From the NCBI GenBank assembly GCA_028865615.1, contig JAGWJT010000001.1:1601-65600 (forward strand): a DNA stretch of 64,000 nt, read 5' to 3'. Below the pieces are notes generated by a model. The model saw nothing but the letters and a program-made list of their open reading frames with translations. It did no database searches and was not told the origin of the DNA. Positions 1-10,262 of this stretch are shown in pieces (position 1 is the stretch's first letter; each line of letters begins with the position of its first letter). The translations under genes and the position numbers were made by a program. The stretch comes from Patescibacteria group bacterium. GTDB taxonomy: Bacteria > Patescibacteriota > Minisyncoccia > Phycocordibacterales > PALSA-1337.

Positions 1-71
1 AAAACCGCAGACCTTGTACGAGAGGTCTTTGTGCAATATCTTTTCTGGCACGGGTATATTATAATACAATT

Positions 72-162
72 AATGCGAATCCACGAATAAGCGCACGAAT
101 GCTACAAATGAAATCGCACATATTCGTAGATTCGTACTGTGTTCATTCGTAGCATTCGCATT
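72..162. repeat. Inverted array of short CGAAT/ATTCG-type repeats upstream of murG
   Basis: aatgcgaat..cacgaat..cacgaatgctacaaat followed by attcgtagattcgta..attcgtagcattcgcatt; the right half recurs at 10263-10312. Confidence 0.6.
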
Positions 163-173
163 ATATTATATTC

Positions 174-1310
174 ATGAAAATACTTTTCACAGGTGGCGGT
201 ACGGGCGGGCATTTCTATCCTATAATAGCCGTGGCCGAAGCCATGCGCGACCAAGTCAAAGCCAGGAAGATACTGTCTCCTGACATGTATTTCATGGCAC
301 CATCCCCGTACAACGCCAGCCTGCTTTTCGACAACGAGATGACGTTCGTGCGCGTACCGGCCGGCAAGGTGCGCAGATACTTCTCATTCATGAACTTCAT
401 CGACCCTATAAAGACCATATATGGATGCTTGGTCGCCATCATGAAGATGTATTCGATCTACCCGGACGTCGTCTTCGCCAAAGGCGGATACACCAGCTTC
501 CCGGCCCTTATAGCGGCCAGAATATGGCGCATACCGGTCATCATCCACGAGTCGGACTCTCATCCTGGCAGAGTGAACGCCTGGGCAGGGAAGTTCGCCA
601 GGAAGATAGCTCTGTCATACCCGTCGGCGGCAAAATATTTCGGCCCGAAAGCCCAAAACAAGATCGCCTTTACCGGCAATCCTATACGCCCCGAGGTCAT
701 GGAACCGCTCACGAACGGCGCCCATGAGTTGCTCGGCCTCGAGCAGGAAACTCCGACCATACTCGTCTTGGGCGGATCGCAAGGAGCCGCCAAGATAAAT
801 GACGCCATCATCGAGGGACTGCCGGAGCTGCTCAATAGATACCAGATCATCCATCAGACCGGCAAAACCAACTTGGAAGAGATAAAACAGACATCGTCAG
901 TCATACTCAAAGACCATCCTTACGGCTACCGCTACCATCCTTTCGATTATCTGAACGTCCTGTCATTGCGCATGTCCGCCGGAGTAGCCGACATAGTGGT
1001 TTCCAGAGCCGGGTCGACCATATTTGAGATCGCGGCTTGGGGAGTGCCGTCGATCATCATCCCATTGCCCCAATCCATAAGCCATGACCAGACCGCCAAC
1101 GCCTTTGCCTATGCGGAAACCGGAGCGGCTTCCATAATAGAGGAGAACAACCTCCACGCCCATATACTCATAGAGGAGATCGATCGGATATACGGTTCTG
1201 CGGCCATAAAACAGGCCATGAAAGAGAAAGCCAAGGCTTTTGCCAGACTAGACGCCGCCTCCGAGATAGCTTCCGCCATACTGGATATGGCACTTGAACA
1301 TGAGAAGTGA
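174..1310 (+). CDS. murG: UDP-GlcNAc:lipid I N-acetylglucosaminyltransferase MurG
   Basis: N-terminal GGGTGGH, KGGY, HESD, TGNPIR, GGSQGA and SRAGS motifs. Confidence 0.96.
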   Translation: MKILFTGGGTGGHFYPIIAVAEAMRDQVKARKILSPDMYFMAPSPYNASLLFDNEMTFVRVPAGKVRRYFSFMNFIDPIKTIYGCLVAIMKMYSIYPDVVFAKGGYTSFPALIAARIWRIPVIIHESDSHPGRVNAWAGKFARKIALSYPSAAKYFGPKAQNKIAFTGNPIRPEVMEPLTNGAHELLGLEQETPTILVLGGSQGAAKINDAIIEGLPELLNRYQIIHQTGKTNLEEIKQTSSVILKDHPYGYRYHPFDYLNVLSLRMSAGVADIVVSRAGSTIFEIAAWGVPSIIIPLPQSISHDQTANAFAYAETGAASIIEENNLHAHILIEEIDRIYGSAAIKQAMKEKAKAFARLDAASEIASAILDMALEHEK

Positions 1311-1377
1311 ATTCTGTTATAATTAACGTCTAAAATCGTCGTATTTATCAAGCGTAATCTTATCAACAAACAAACAC

Positions 1378-1884
1378 ATGCAACCAAACAACGGGATCAA
1401 GACTTGGCAGTGGGTCGTCACGGTCATAGTCATCATAGTGCTCATTATCATAGGCATCATGGTCTTCGGCAACAAGGGCGCTCAAGCTCCTACGGAAACC
1501 ACTTCGTCGACCGCTCAGAACACCGGCCAGACCGGTTCCAGCGTCAACAACATAGTCATGGCCGATCAGTATCCGGGCAACGTGGCCTATCTCTCTTCCG
1601 TACAATTGGCCAATCCGGGATGGGTAGTCATACAGAAGGACAACGGCGGCACTCCCGGCGCCATCATCGGAACCGCTTATGCCAATGCCGGCATCGGTCC
1701 GGTCAAAGTCACTCTGACAGAGCCCATGGTCGACGGCGGCACTTATTACGCTTCTCTCTACACCGCAACCAACTCTACGAGCTTCAACGCCAGCGTAGAG
1801 AAAGTCCTGACGGACCAGAATGGCAATCCGATCACTCACGTATTCAAGGCTTCCACTACTGCCAGTGTGAACTTGAAGGGTTAG
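1378..1884 (+). CDS. Hypothetical membrane-anchored extracellular protein
   Basis: N-terminal TM helix, S/T-rich linker, beta-rich domain. Confidence 0.75.
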   Translation: MQPNNGIKTWQWVVTVIVIIVLIIIGIMVFGNKGAQAPTETTSSTAQNTGQTGSSVNNIVMADQYPGNVAYLSSVQLANPGWVVIQKDNGGTPGAIIGTAYANAGIGPVKVTLTEPMVDGGTYYASLYTATNSTSFNASVEKVLTDQNGNPITHVFKASTTASVNLKG

Positions 1885-2011
1885 TCATGGACAAGAAACT
1901 TGTCGGATAACCTTTCCGAGTGACTGCGCAACGTGATACATCGAACGCTAGATAACCACAAAAGCACTTTGCGCAGGAACGAGGGAAGGTTACCGCAAGT
2001 TTCTTGAATGA
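1885..2011 (+). repeat. Long imperfect hairpin with tandem GA/GA internal loops (palindromic element or structured RNA)
   Basis: caagaaacttg..taacctttcc (1892-1917) pairs with ggaaggtta..caagtttcttg (1984-2006); inner ctgcgcaa/ttgcgcag. Confidence 0.6.
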
Positions 2012-2021
2012 AGTAGCCATC

Positions 2022-2049
2022 AAAAGCCGGCCTGCAAAGGCCGGCTTTT
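2022..2049. terminator. Bidirectional intrinsic terminator
   Basis: aaaagccggcct-gcaa-aggccggctttt. Confidence 0.8.
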
Positions 2050-2066
2050 CGTAGTATAATCTGACA

Positions 2067-3422
2067 ATGCCAACAAATGTCGTCACACGTTTCGCCCCTT
2101 CGCCGACCGGTTATTTCCATGCGGGCTCATATAGGACGGCTCTGTTCTCTTGTATATACGCCCGCCAGAATGGGGGCAAATTCATATTGCGCATAGAAGA
2201 CACGGACAAGGAGCGCTCCAAGAAAGAATACGAGGATAACATCGTAGACAGCCTGCAATGGATAGGCCTCAAATACGATGAATTCTACAGACAATCCGAT
2301 AGGACGGAGCTGTACAGAGAAAGCATCAGGCGTCTCATGGATTCGGGCCATGCATACCTTTCCAAGGAGACACCGACGGATGCAGGAGATAGGCCTGCCG
2401 GCAGGCAAAACAGGGAAGAGGTCATCCGCTTCCGCAACCCGAACAAGAAAGTCGTATTCGACGACATGATCCGTGGCAGGATCGAATTCGACACTACGGA
2501 GCTCGGCGATTTCGTCATAGCCAAAAGCATGGACGAACCCGTGTTCCACCTCGTGGTCGTAGTGGACGACGCGGATATGGGGATAACCCACATCATCCGC
2601 GGCGAGGACCACATCTCGAATACGCCCCGTCAGATCCTTATATTCGAAGCTTTGGGCGTAATGCCGCCGAAATATGCCCATATACCGCTGTTGCTTTCCG
2701 GAGACCGTTCCAAGCTCTCCAAGAGGCATGGTGCGGTGCCTATAACCGAATACCGGAGCAGAGGCTATTTGCCGGAAGCGGTGGTCAATTATTTAGCCTT
2801 GCTCGGCTGGCACCCATCCGATGACAAGGAGATCATGTCTTTCGACGAGATAGTGGGAGCATTCAGTCTGGATCGTGTCCAGAAGTCCGGAGCTATATTC
2901 GACGAGGAGAAGCTCAAATGGTTCAACAAACAGTACTTGAACCGGATGTCAGACGAGCGCTTCACCGAGGCGGCTATGCCATTTGTGCCGGATTGGCTGA
3001 CTACCGGAAGCATGTTGTTCGCCCGTTTGAGTCCCATCATCAAGGAAAAGATAAGCTGCCTGTCGGATATCGCCGGCTTGTTCGCCGGCGGCGGCGAACT
3101 GGCCTTTGTGCACGCGATCGGCCCATACGATCCGTCGATGCTCCTATGGAAGAAAGAGCCCGACAGATCGGCTTCATTGAGACACCTAAATGCGGTCCGA
3201 GACCTGATATCGGGCCTATCCGAAGAAGGATTGACCGCCGACGGTTTGAAGTCCGCCATATGGCCTTATGCCGAAGCCAACGGCCGAGGCAACGTCCTCT
3301 GGCCATTGCGCGTAGCCTTGACCGGCCAAGAAAGATCGCCTGATCCGTTCGTGTGCGCATATATCATAGGCAAGGAAGAATCGCTCAAAAGGATCGATGA
3401 TGCGATCAGTGTATTGGGCTAG
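2067..3422 (+). CDS. gltX: Glutamate--tRNA ligase
   Basis: TRFAPSPTG, HAGS (HIGH-like), LRIEDTD, IRGEDH, KLSKR. Confidence 0.95.
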   Translation: MPTNVVTRFAPSPTGYFHAGSYRTALFSCIYARQNGGKFILRIEDTDKERSKKEYEDNIVDSLQWIGLKYDEFYRQSDRTELYRESIRRLMDSGHAYLSKETPTDAGDRPAGRQNREEVIRFRNPNKKVVFDDMIRGRIEFDTTELGDFVIAKSMDEPVFHLVVVVDDADMGITHIIRGEDHISNTPRQILIFEALGVMPPKYAHIPLLLSGDRSKLSKRHGAVPITEYRSRGYLPEAVVNYLALLGWHPSDDKEIMSFDEIVGAFSLDRVQKSGAIFDEEKLKWFNKQYLNRMSDERFTEAAMPFVPDWLTTGSMLFARLSPIIKEKISCLSDIAGLFAGGGELAFVHAIGPYDPSMLLWKKEPDRSASLRHLNAVRDLISGLSEEGLTADGLKSAIWPYAEANGRGNVLWPLRVALTGQERSPDPFVCAYIIGKEESLKRIDDAISVLG

Positions 3423-3476
3423 CGCTTGTGGATATGTCCACGGGAATTGTGTCGAGCTATAAGGTATAATTCATCT

Positions 3477-3809
3477 ATGAAAATTTCGCGGCCGGCAGGG
3501 GAGAGGGGCCTGATAAAGATGATAGTCATCATCGTCGTTGCCCTGCTTGTGCTCAGCTATTTCGGCATCAACCTGCGCAACCTAGTCAGCTCTCCGACCA
3601 ACCAGGACAATGTGACCTATATCGCTTCTACAACCGTGAGCATCTGGGACAGCTATCTCAAGGTGCCGGCGGGCTTCGCCTGGGACATATTTGTGAACTA
3701 TATATGGGACCCGGCATTCCAAGGGCTTGTAGACCTGAAGAACGGCAGGCCCACGCCAAGCGTCTCCAGCTCTTCGCCGGCTTTGCCCACGCCTCCGGCA
3801 GTGCAGTAG
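3477..3809 (+). CDS. Hypothetical membrane protein
   Basis: TM segment; TATAAT 6 nt before ATG 3477. Confidence 0.7.
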   Translation: MKISRPAGERGLIKMIVIIVVALLVLSYFGINLRNLVSSPTNQDNVTYIASTTVSIWDSYLKVPAGFAWDIFVNYIWDPAFQGLVDLKNGRPTPSVSSSSPALPTPPAVQ

Positions 3810-4128
3810 CCCTCTTGGCAATCGCCACCCGATTTCTGTCCCAGCAGTACTGTAAACTGTAATGCGAATCAATCTAACTTGTGCCGCTCAATTTCGCACA
3901 AGTTTTGAATGATCGGCCTAAAAGCCTTGATATGCCTAGTATACACCATTTTCTTGTAGCGCAATATGTTCATACAATAAAAATGGGGATAACGATTTAT
4001 GCAATATATCGATTTGACTGTCCATAGCGGCATATGGTAGGGTGTGGGCCGCTAAATAGCGCGACTTTACGCTTGTGCGTAAGGTTCTTGAAAACTGAAA
4101 AAACAACAAAAACAGTATTGAAAGACCT

Positions 4129-6933
4129 ATGAAAAGTATATTCTCGAAACTCACGGGAGGGCTAGTGGCCCTCGTTATCGTTATAGCAGCTTGGTCAAGT
4201 TATGGCCAGACAGCGACAACGACAAAAACAACGACTCAACAAACGGCCAAGCAAGTCTTGGACGGCATCTACTACGATGCAGCACACAACGGCATTCCAT
4301 TGTCTATGTATCCTCCATCGTATCTGGATTACCTCAAATCGCTTGGGAATAGTCCTTATCCGCCACCGGCCAAAAACACAACGACTACCCAAAACGGCAG
4401 TCTCCAACCCCTCGGCAGTCCCTTAGGAGGTCAGCAGTCAGGGCCACCTATGTATCAGTTGATTGATATTGGGACATCACTTAGTAATCAGGGCTACATA
4501 AACAGTATCGCCTATGACATCAACAACGTTGGACAGGTCGTAGGAGATTCGTCTGAAAATTCTGGATATCCATCTTATGGAGCTTTCGTATACCAAAATG
4601 ATTCAGTGCAGATTCTGAATGATCTCGATGGCAATAGTGATGATGACAGTGTTTTTGGTATCAACGATAGCGGCCAAATTGTCGGAGATGCGATTGGCAC
4701 AGACAGGAAACAGCACGCGATCATATATTCAAACGGTCAGATGCAAGTCATAGATGACACCGAGTCCGGTATCGCCTATGGCAGTGCCACTGCGATAAAT
4801 AACAAAGGCAGGGTTGTCGGTAATCTCACCATGAGTGGGACATTCGAATCTCACATGTTTGTCTATGACAATGGTTCGATGCAGGATCTGGGAAACCTCG
4901 GTATGGTCGGTGTCTATGCCGACGATATCAACGATAATTCCATTATCGTCGGTTATGCCTCCGGTGATAACTATACATCGTATGCCTTCTCATACTCAGG
5001 CGGGGTAGTCAATGACATTAATACGTTGGGAGGTAGCTCCAGCTTCGCTCTGGGGATAAACAATAATAACCAGATAGTGGGCAGAGCGTATACATTAAAC
5101 GACATGGCGGTTCACGGTTTTGTTTATACAGACGGAAGCGTGCTTGACCTAGGAGATCCGATTGCAGATCCTGATTATAATGACTATAGCGAAGCATGGG
5201 GTATAAATGACAACGGTGATGTAGTTGGTTATGCCACGACAGATAAGGACGCCCACGACAATCACGCTTTCATCTATACGGGCGGGACTATGTATGATCT
5301 CAATAAGTTGATGCTGAACCCGGAATCCGGCTGGATGCTTGCACAGGCGAATGCGATTAACAATGCCGGGCAAATAGTAGGTTATGAGACAAATCCGCAG
5401 GGACAGTATCATGCATTCTTGTTGAACCCGTTGCCAGACGGATCAGCCACGGCATTGGAAACCGATCAGACAACCACTCCTTCATACGGCAACACGCCCG
5501 TGAAGAATCCTTCGGATAGCGGTCTCGTAGTCATCACTCACGGCTGGACGCATACGGAATCCCAGAGCATGCCGACTGATGTCCCGTGGGTAGACACCAT
5601 ATCAAACATGGTAGTCCAGCGACTGGTATCAGACGGAGTCTCCGGTTGGCAGGTGTTCGGATACAAGTGGCCGGCGGCTTCGTATACGGTTCTACCGGAT
5701 CAGTCCCTGAACAATGCAAAACAGCAAGGCGAGCTCCTTGGTTTGAGCATAGTGGCCGGTGGTTGGACGAAGGTTCACCTCATCGCCCACAGCGCCGGAG
5801 CGGGACTCATAGAGCGGTGCTCTGAAATCATCCGGCAATACGCACCGAATACCGTCATCCAGTGCACGTTCCTCGACCCATACATGGGTTCAGACGGCAG
5901 CGGCTATGCCACATACGGCCAAGCCGCCGATTGGTCTGACTGCTACTACAACAGGGATGCTGAAACCGGGAGCAAGACGGAAGGCTCTCTAGCAAACGCT
6001 TACAACGCCGACATCACACAGTTGGACGATCTGGACAGGGTCAGCGTCCACTACTATATCCCTGGCATCATAAATTCGTCATGCTACAAGACCGTAGCCA
6101 CCCACTTCTGGCCGGTGATGTTCTACTCGAACACCATAGCTGGGACGGTGACATCGGACTATCAAGCATTCGGATACACCTTGAGCCAGGAAGAGGGTAC
6201 GTTCAATAATGCCAAGACGACCTACCAGAAAGGCAACGATCCGGCCCAAGTATTGGGCACTCCAGATCCATCATGCAGCCAAAGCTTCATGTTCGCCGGT
6301 CTGGATACAGTGTCGGGCATCCAAAATCTGTTGCCGACGGTATACTACAGCACGACAGGGACTATCGATGCTTTGGGAAACTGGGCATACCAGTTGTTTG
6401 ATCCTCCGGGCGCTCCGGTATGGCTCGGCATAGTCGTGATACCCACGAACTCTGTGAATGTAGTGTCGTTCGATGCCAAATTCACCAGTGCTTCCGGTTC
6501 TCACGGTCTCTTGTCTGTCTATTGGGACACGGATGTCATCGGATTGGTAGACGAACCAGCTGTTGAGCCAGGAATAAACCATTACAGCATGGCTATCACG
6601 GCTGCTCCCTCGACGACCAGCCACGTCATCGGTTTCCATCTCGATCCGTTCACGAGCGCGCAATCCAGTATCATTGTGACCAATATCGCCTTGGAAGCCA
6701 ACGGAGTAACCCAGAAACCTGTCCTGTCCGTCACGACGAACACGCTCAACGGCTCTCTTGTCTATCAACTGACGGGACAGCCAGCAGAATACACCATACA
6801 GGCTTCGACCAACCTGGCTTCGACCGATTGGCAAAACATCGCTATAGCGTCCGCCACGAACGGAGTCGTGAACTTCGTTGACACAGGTTCGACGAATTGT
6901 CCGTTCCGTTTCTATCGGGCGGTGTCGCAATGA
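4129..6933 (+). CDS. Secreted HAF-repeat beta-propeller + alpha/beta-hydrolase protein with C-terminal STNL..W..RFYR domain
   Basis: Signal peptide; repeated A-x-x-IN-(D/N)-x-G-Q-(I/V)-VG...HAF units; VITHGW and HLIAHSAG nucleophile elbow, FLDP; ends YTIQASTNL..W..FVD..RFYRAV. Confidence 0.85.
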   Translation: MKSIFSKLTGGLVALVIVIAAWSSYGQTATTTKTTTQQTAKQVLDGIYYDAAHNGIPLSMYPPSYLDYLKSLGNSPYPPPAKNTTTTQNGSLQPLGSPLGGQQSGPPMYQLIDIGTSLSNQGYINSIAYDINNVGQVVGDSSENSGYPSYGAFVYQNDSVQILNDLDGNSDDDSVFGINDSGQIVGDAIGTDRKQHAIIYSNGQMQVIDDTESGIAYGSATAINNKGRVVGNLTMSGTFESHMFVYDNGSMQDLGNLGMVGVYADDINDNSIIVGYASGDNYTSYAFSYSGGVVNDINTLGGSSSFALGINNNNQIVGRAYTLNDMAVHGFVYTDGSVLDLGDPIADPDYNDYSEAWGINDNGDVVGYATTDKDAHDNHAFIYTGGTMYDLNKLMLNPESGWMLAQANAINNAGQIVGYETNPQGQYHAFLLNPLPDGSATALETDQTTTPSYGNTPVKNPSDSGLVVITHGWTHTESQSMPTDVPWVDTISNMVVQRLVSDGVSGWQVFGYKWPAASYTVLPDQSLNNAKQQGELLGLSIVAGGWTKVHLIAHSAGAGLIERCSEIIRQYAPNTVIQCTFLDPYMGSDGSGYATYGQAADWSDCYYNRDAETGSKTEGSLANAYNADITQLDDLDRVSVHYYIPGIINSSCYKTVATHFWPVMFYSNTIAGTVTSDYQAFGYTLSQEEGTFNNAKTTYQKGNDPAQVLGTPDPSCSQSFMFAGLDTVSGIQNLLPTVYYSTTGTIDALGNWAYQLFDPPGAPVWLGIVVIPTNSVNVVSFDAKFTSASGSHGLLSVYWDTDVIGLVDEPAVEPGINHYSMAITAAPSTTSHVIGFHLDPFTSAQSSIIVTNIALEANGVTQKPVLSVTTNTLNGSLVYQLTGQPAEYTIQASTNLASTDWQNIAIASATNGVVNFVDTGSTNCPFRFYRAVSQ

Positions 6934-6972
6934 CGACTGTTTAACGGCTCTTTGATATCACAAGCTTGCTCT

Positions 6973-7428
6973 CTAGGGCAAGCTCTTTTTGTCTGATCGT
7001 ATTACCAATCTTACGATTCGGATTATCCATCTTACGATCACAAATGCCATAAACACAATAAGACCTAGTGCCAATAAACCAGACAGAGTAGAGCCCACAC
7101 TATTACTGGAAAAACCAAAACCTAGACCGACCATTAGATCTACAATAAATAGATATAGTATACCTATTATCATTAACAGATTTCCTATCCAAAAGGATTC
7201 TTTCTTACGATCACTTATAAAAGCAGAAATAATCCCAATGACAATAAGTACTACTTTTATTGGTAATGAATACCCAGCTGATATATAAAACGGCAAGATC
7301 ACCGGGAATATCCAGTAGGAAAATATAATCATCAGAACATAAAAACACATAGCAATCAAAGCATACGGTTTTTTCATAGCATTTTTAAGGTTACAATCTA
7401 ATATCATTTGTATCTTCATATAACTCAC
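6973..7428 (-). CDS. Hypothetical multi-TM membrane protein (AT-rich)
   Basis: About 4 hydrophobic segments; start may be the later MKKPY. Confidence 0.6.
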   Translation of the reverse strand: MSYMKIQMILDCNLKNAMKKPYALIAMCFYVLMIIFSYWIFPVILPFYISAGYSLPIKVVLIVIGIISAFISDRKKESFWIGNLLMIIGILYLFIVDLMVGLGFGFSSNSVGSTLSGLLALGLIVFMAFVIVRWIIRIVRLVIRSDKKSLP

Positions 7429-7504
7429 AGTGTTAAGTATACATTATTAACAGAATATTTCGTACAATACATGTGCATATCGTTGGTTCTTTGCAAGTTT
7501 ACAC

Positions 7505-7532
7505 AGAGCCCATCGAAAGATGAGCTCTTTTT
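7505..7532 (+). terminator. Intrinsic terminator-like hairpin
   Basis: agagcccatc-gaaa-gatgagctct-ttttt. Confidence 0.55.
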
Positions 7533-7584
7533 AATACCATTCTATGCAAATCCCAAATCATGCATTAATATCCAAAACGGGTAA

Positions 7585-7767
7585 CTACTCAATTTGCAAA
7601 AATATACCACATATAAGTAAGACAATGACTAATACCAGTAAAATGATTGTCGAGGAGAAGAACAATTCTGATATATGGACAATTGGCGAATTTATCGAAG
7701 TATAAGCAAACAAGATCGCAAGAAGATAGAAAACAGATGAAAATATGGTGTTCTTATATTTTTTCAT
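7585..7767 (-). CDS. Small 2-TM membrane protein (AT-rich)
   Basis: MKKYK start and upstream sequence shared with the 7839-8507 gene. Confidence 0.5.
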   Translation of the reverse strand: MKKYKNTIFSSVFYLLAILFAYTSINSPIVHISELFFSSTIILLVLVIVLLICGIFLQIE

Positions 7768-7838
7768 GGTTATTTATTAAGTAACTAATACTAATTCGAT
7801 CGATAATGGATATCTGTGTAAAGTTGTTATGAGCTTTT

Positions 7839-8507
7839 TTATATGAATTTAATAGTCTGGACAATTTGATCCATCTGGCTGACTATAGAGCGATCATAAT
7901 CTGATGCTGTAACATTATTCGATAGTTGATAATCAATTGTATATGCCATTCCATTATTTATTAGCCAGTTACTTACAGGAGTAAACCTTGACGTATCATT
8001 AAACCCGGAATGATCAGATGACGAAAGTACTGGCCTTAAGAAGGTGAAATTGAAGTATGGAGCATCTGAACCCTCCCCGTTGACCAACGGATTGATATCG
8101 CGCCATGCTTTATGATTATCAATGTTCAAGCTTACAACCACATAAGGGGATAGCCTGGTGTTTAAATCATATGTTTGCTGTCCCGCAGCAGCCCCGCAAT
8201 GCTGAAGACTACAGATCTGGACCGTTATGACATAACCATTCTTACTCAATACCAGATTGTTGACGTTAGTCGAAGTTAATTCTTTTATTGACCAACCGGC
8301 AGGGTATTTGAGACTTATACCATATTGACTGTCACTGAAAGTCTGCCAACCGGTAATATTGGATGCCTGTGTTGTGCTCGGTGTTGGGTTAGATGACACT
8401 CCTGTAGTCTGGTTATTAAATTTATTTAGAGTAAACAAGAAATACGCAGTGCTTAGCGCTAAAATAAGTAATATGGTTGACAACAAGAGACGCTTATATT
8501 TTTTCAT
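7839..8507 (-). CDS. Membrane-anchored PsbP-like extracellular protein
   Basis: N-terminal TM; W-x-T-F-x-D-x-x-YG-x-S-x-KYP-x-x-W; ends MDQIVQTIKF. Confidence 0.7.
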   Translation of the reverse strand: MKKYKRLLLSTILLILALSTAYFLFTLNKFNNQTTGVSSNPTPSTTQASNITGWQTFSDSQYGISLKYPAGWSIKELTSTNVNNLVLSKNGYVITVQICSLQHCGAAAGQQTYDLNTRLSPYVVVSLNIDNHKAWRDINPLVNGEGSDAPYFNFTFLRPVLSSSDHSGFNDTSRFTPVSNWLINNGMAYTIDYQLSNNVTASDYDRSIVSQMDQIVQTIKFI

Positions 8508-8706
8508 GGTTTAATTAACTAATACTACGATGAATAGTGTAGCATCTGACTGGCAAGACAAAAAGAGATCCTCTCCTGGAGAATATTTGAATCGTAATCA
8601 ATGTATATTGTGCGACATTGCATATCAGGCATTTATTCTTGAATATATCTTACAAGATATATTGGATTAAACAGACAGCACTTACCCTCTCCCCCGCCTC
8701 AGACAC

Positions 8707-8741
8707 CAAAAGGCCGCCCTGAAAAATGGGCGGCCTTTTGT
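8707..8741. terminator. Bidirectional intrinsic terminator
   Basis: caaaaggccgccc-tgaaaaat-gggcggccttttg. Confidence 0.8.
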
Positions 8742-8751
8742 AATATGACTA

Positions 8752-9222
8752 TCACTTCCTTGCCAAGCTATCACCCGAAGACCAGCACTTTTCCGATGAA
8801 GACCAAGGATCGGTGCCATACTTCTGGTAGAGATACTTGCCGAAAGCCACGTTGCCCTGGAGCGTATACAGGTCGTCCCCGAGCCTCTTTGCCTCATCGG
8901 CATGATAATACTCGTTGATCTGCATAACTCCCACGTCCCCGTGATTGACCTTGCCCCTGACGACTGCACCGTCCTTGTCGAACTGACGGAAGGTCGACTC
9001 GCAGAAAGCTACGTCGATCAATATAGGCTCATCGGCATAAGCGCCGCGTACATAGGCTTCCACCTCGTTGGCGCTTTCGGTATCGCTCACAGCTTGGCCG
9101 GATGTCGTCGCCTGGCCGTTGTTTGTGGCCGGCGCGACGGCGTTCATGGCGGCGGCATTGGCTTGTCCCGCTCCGTAGAGCGAAGACAAGAGGAATACCG
9201 CGCCGGTAGCTGCTTCTATCAT
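8752..9222 (-). CDS. Secreted lysozyme-like/lytic transglycosylase protein
   Basis: Signal peptide; CES catalytic motif, GVMQIN, PW-x-x-S-x-x-CW. Confidence 0.8.
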   Translation of the reverse strand: MIEAATGAVFLLSSLYGAGQANAAAMNAVAPATNNGQATTSGQAVSDTESANEVEAYVRGAYADEPILIDVAFCESTFRQFDKDGAVVRGKVNHGDVGVMQINEYYHADEAKRLGDDLYTLQGNVAFGKYLYQKYGTDPWSSSEKCWSSGDSLARK

Positions 9223-9359
9223 GTTTTTTGAAATAACGGATAAACTTCATTTCGACTTCGACTCGAATGTCGTATCCGCAAGCGGCCACGCATCCTCGTT
9301 CGTCGAAATAAAAAAACGACCGTGCAATCATGAGATTACCTGTCGCCTTTTGTAAAACA

Positions 9360-9388
9360 AGTATAGCAAATCTATGTTTATAAGTCAA
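9360..9388 (-). promoter_or_regulatory. Sigma70 promoter for the transglycosylase gene, giving a ~130-nt leader
   Basis: TTGACT-17bp-TATACT on the minus strand. Confidence 0.7.
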
Positions 9389-9547
9389 TACCCTTCATGG
9401 TATAAAATGGCTCAACAAGGCCATATTTTGTGCATAAAAAACCCTTATTTTGAGCCATTTTTGGGAGGTTGCACAAAAATACGCCTTATGTTAAGGTTAT
9501 TTGGCATTCGATTTTGCATTTTAATTTTTTAGTTTTAACCTAATCAC

Positions 9548-9820
9548 ATGGCCCATCGCAAAGCAGAAGGTTCGACAAAAAACGGCCGAGATTCCAATCC
9601 AAAATACCTGGGCGTGAAGATAAATCACGGTCAGAAGGTCATGATAGGCCAGATCATACTCCGCCAGCGCGGCACGGATACCATGCCGGGATCAAATGTC
9701 GGCATAGGCAAGGATCATACTATTTTCGCCCTGAAAGAAGGCACGGTCTCTTTTGGCACCAAGCGCAAGACAAGCTTCAACAACGATATCGTCAGGAAGA
9801 AGATCGTGAACGTCGTTTAG
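9548..9820 (+). CDS. rpmA: 50S ribosomal protein L27
   Basis: [32 protein letters not shown]. Confidence 0.97.
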   Translation: MAHRKAEGSTKNGRDSNPKYLGVKINHGQKVMIGQIILRQRGTDTMPGSNVGIGKDHTIFALKEGTVSFGTKRKTSFNNDIVRKKIVNVV

Positions 9821-10260
9821 GCGGCTTCTATGGCCAGCTTGAACTTGACGGTTTTGTCCCCCACGTTCACCTCTATCATATGTTCACCGGTCTCTTTGAT
9901 CGGATGATCTAGTTTGATTGCCGATGTCTCTATCTGTAGACGCGTCTGTTTCAATAATTCGGCGGCCAATTCTTCCTTGTGCAAGCCGGAAAATAGATGA
10001 CCTTTGTCGTTGGCTTTGGCGGACATAGTGATGGTTTTTCCTTGTAGCTCGTTCAGGCTTTTCAAAGCCAGGTCATCCTGGACTTTGCGCTCGGCCGCGG
10101 CCTTGGCTTTGGCGGCCTCGAGCTTTTTCAGGGCCTGCGGCGTAGCCGCTACGGCATCGCCGCGCGGGATGAGCAGATTCAGGGCATGACCGCTTGAGAC
10201 GTCCTTGACGTCGAACTTGCGTCCCAACTTCGCCATGTCTTTCAACAGTATGATTTTCAT
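9817..10260 (-). CDS. rplI: 50S ribosomal protein L9
   Basis: [20 protein letters not shown]; GHLFSG; PIKETGEH. Confidence 0.93.
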   Translation of the reverse strand: MKIILLKDMAKLGRKFDVKDVSSGHALNLLIPRGDAVAATPQALKKLEAAKAKAAAERKVQDDLALKSLNELQGKTITMSAKANDKGHLFSGLHKEELAAELLKQTRLQIETSAIKLDHPIKETGEHMIEVNVGDKTVKFKLAIEAA

Positions 10261-10262
10261 GT

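Noticed and set aside
1885-2011. SRP RNA or a confident 6S RNA call
   Set aside because: It lacks the SRP domain IV motif, is short, and has no large central bubble; left as an unclassified hairpin.
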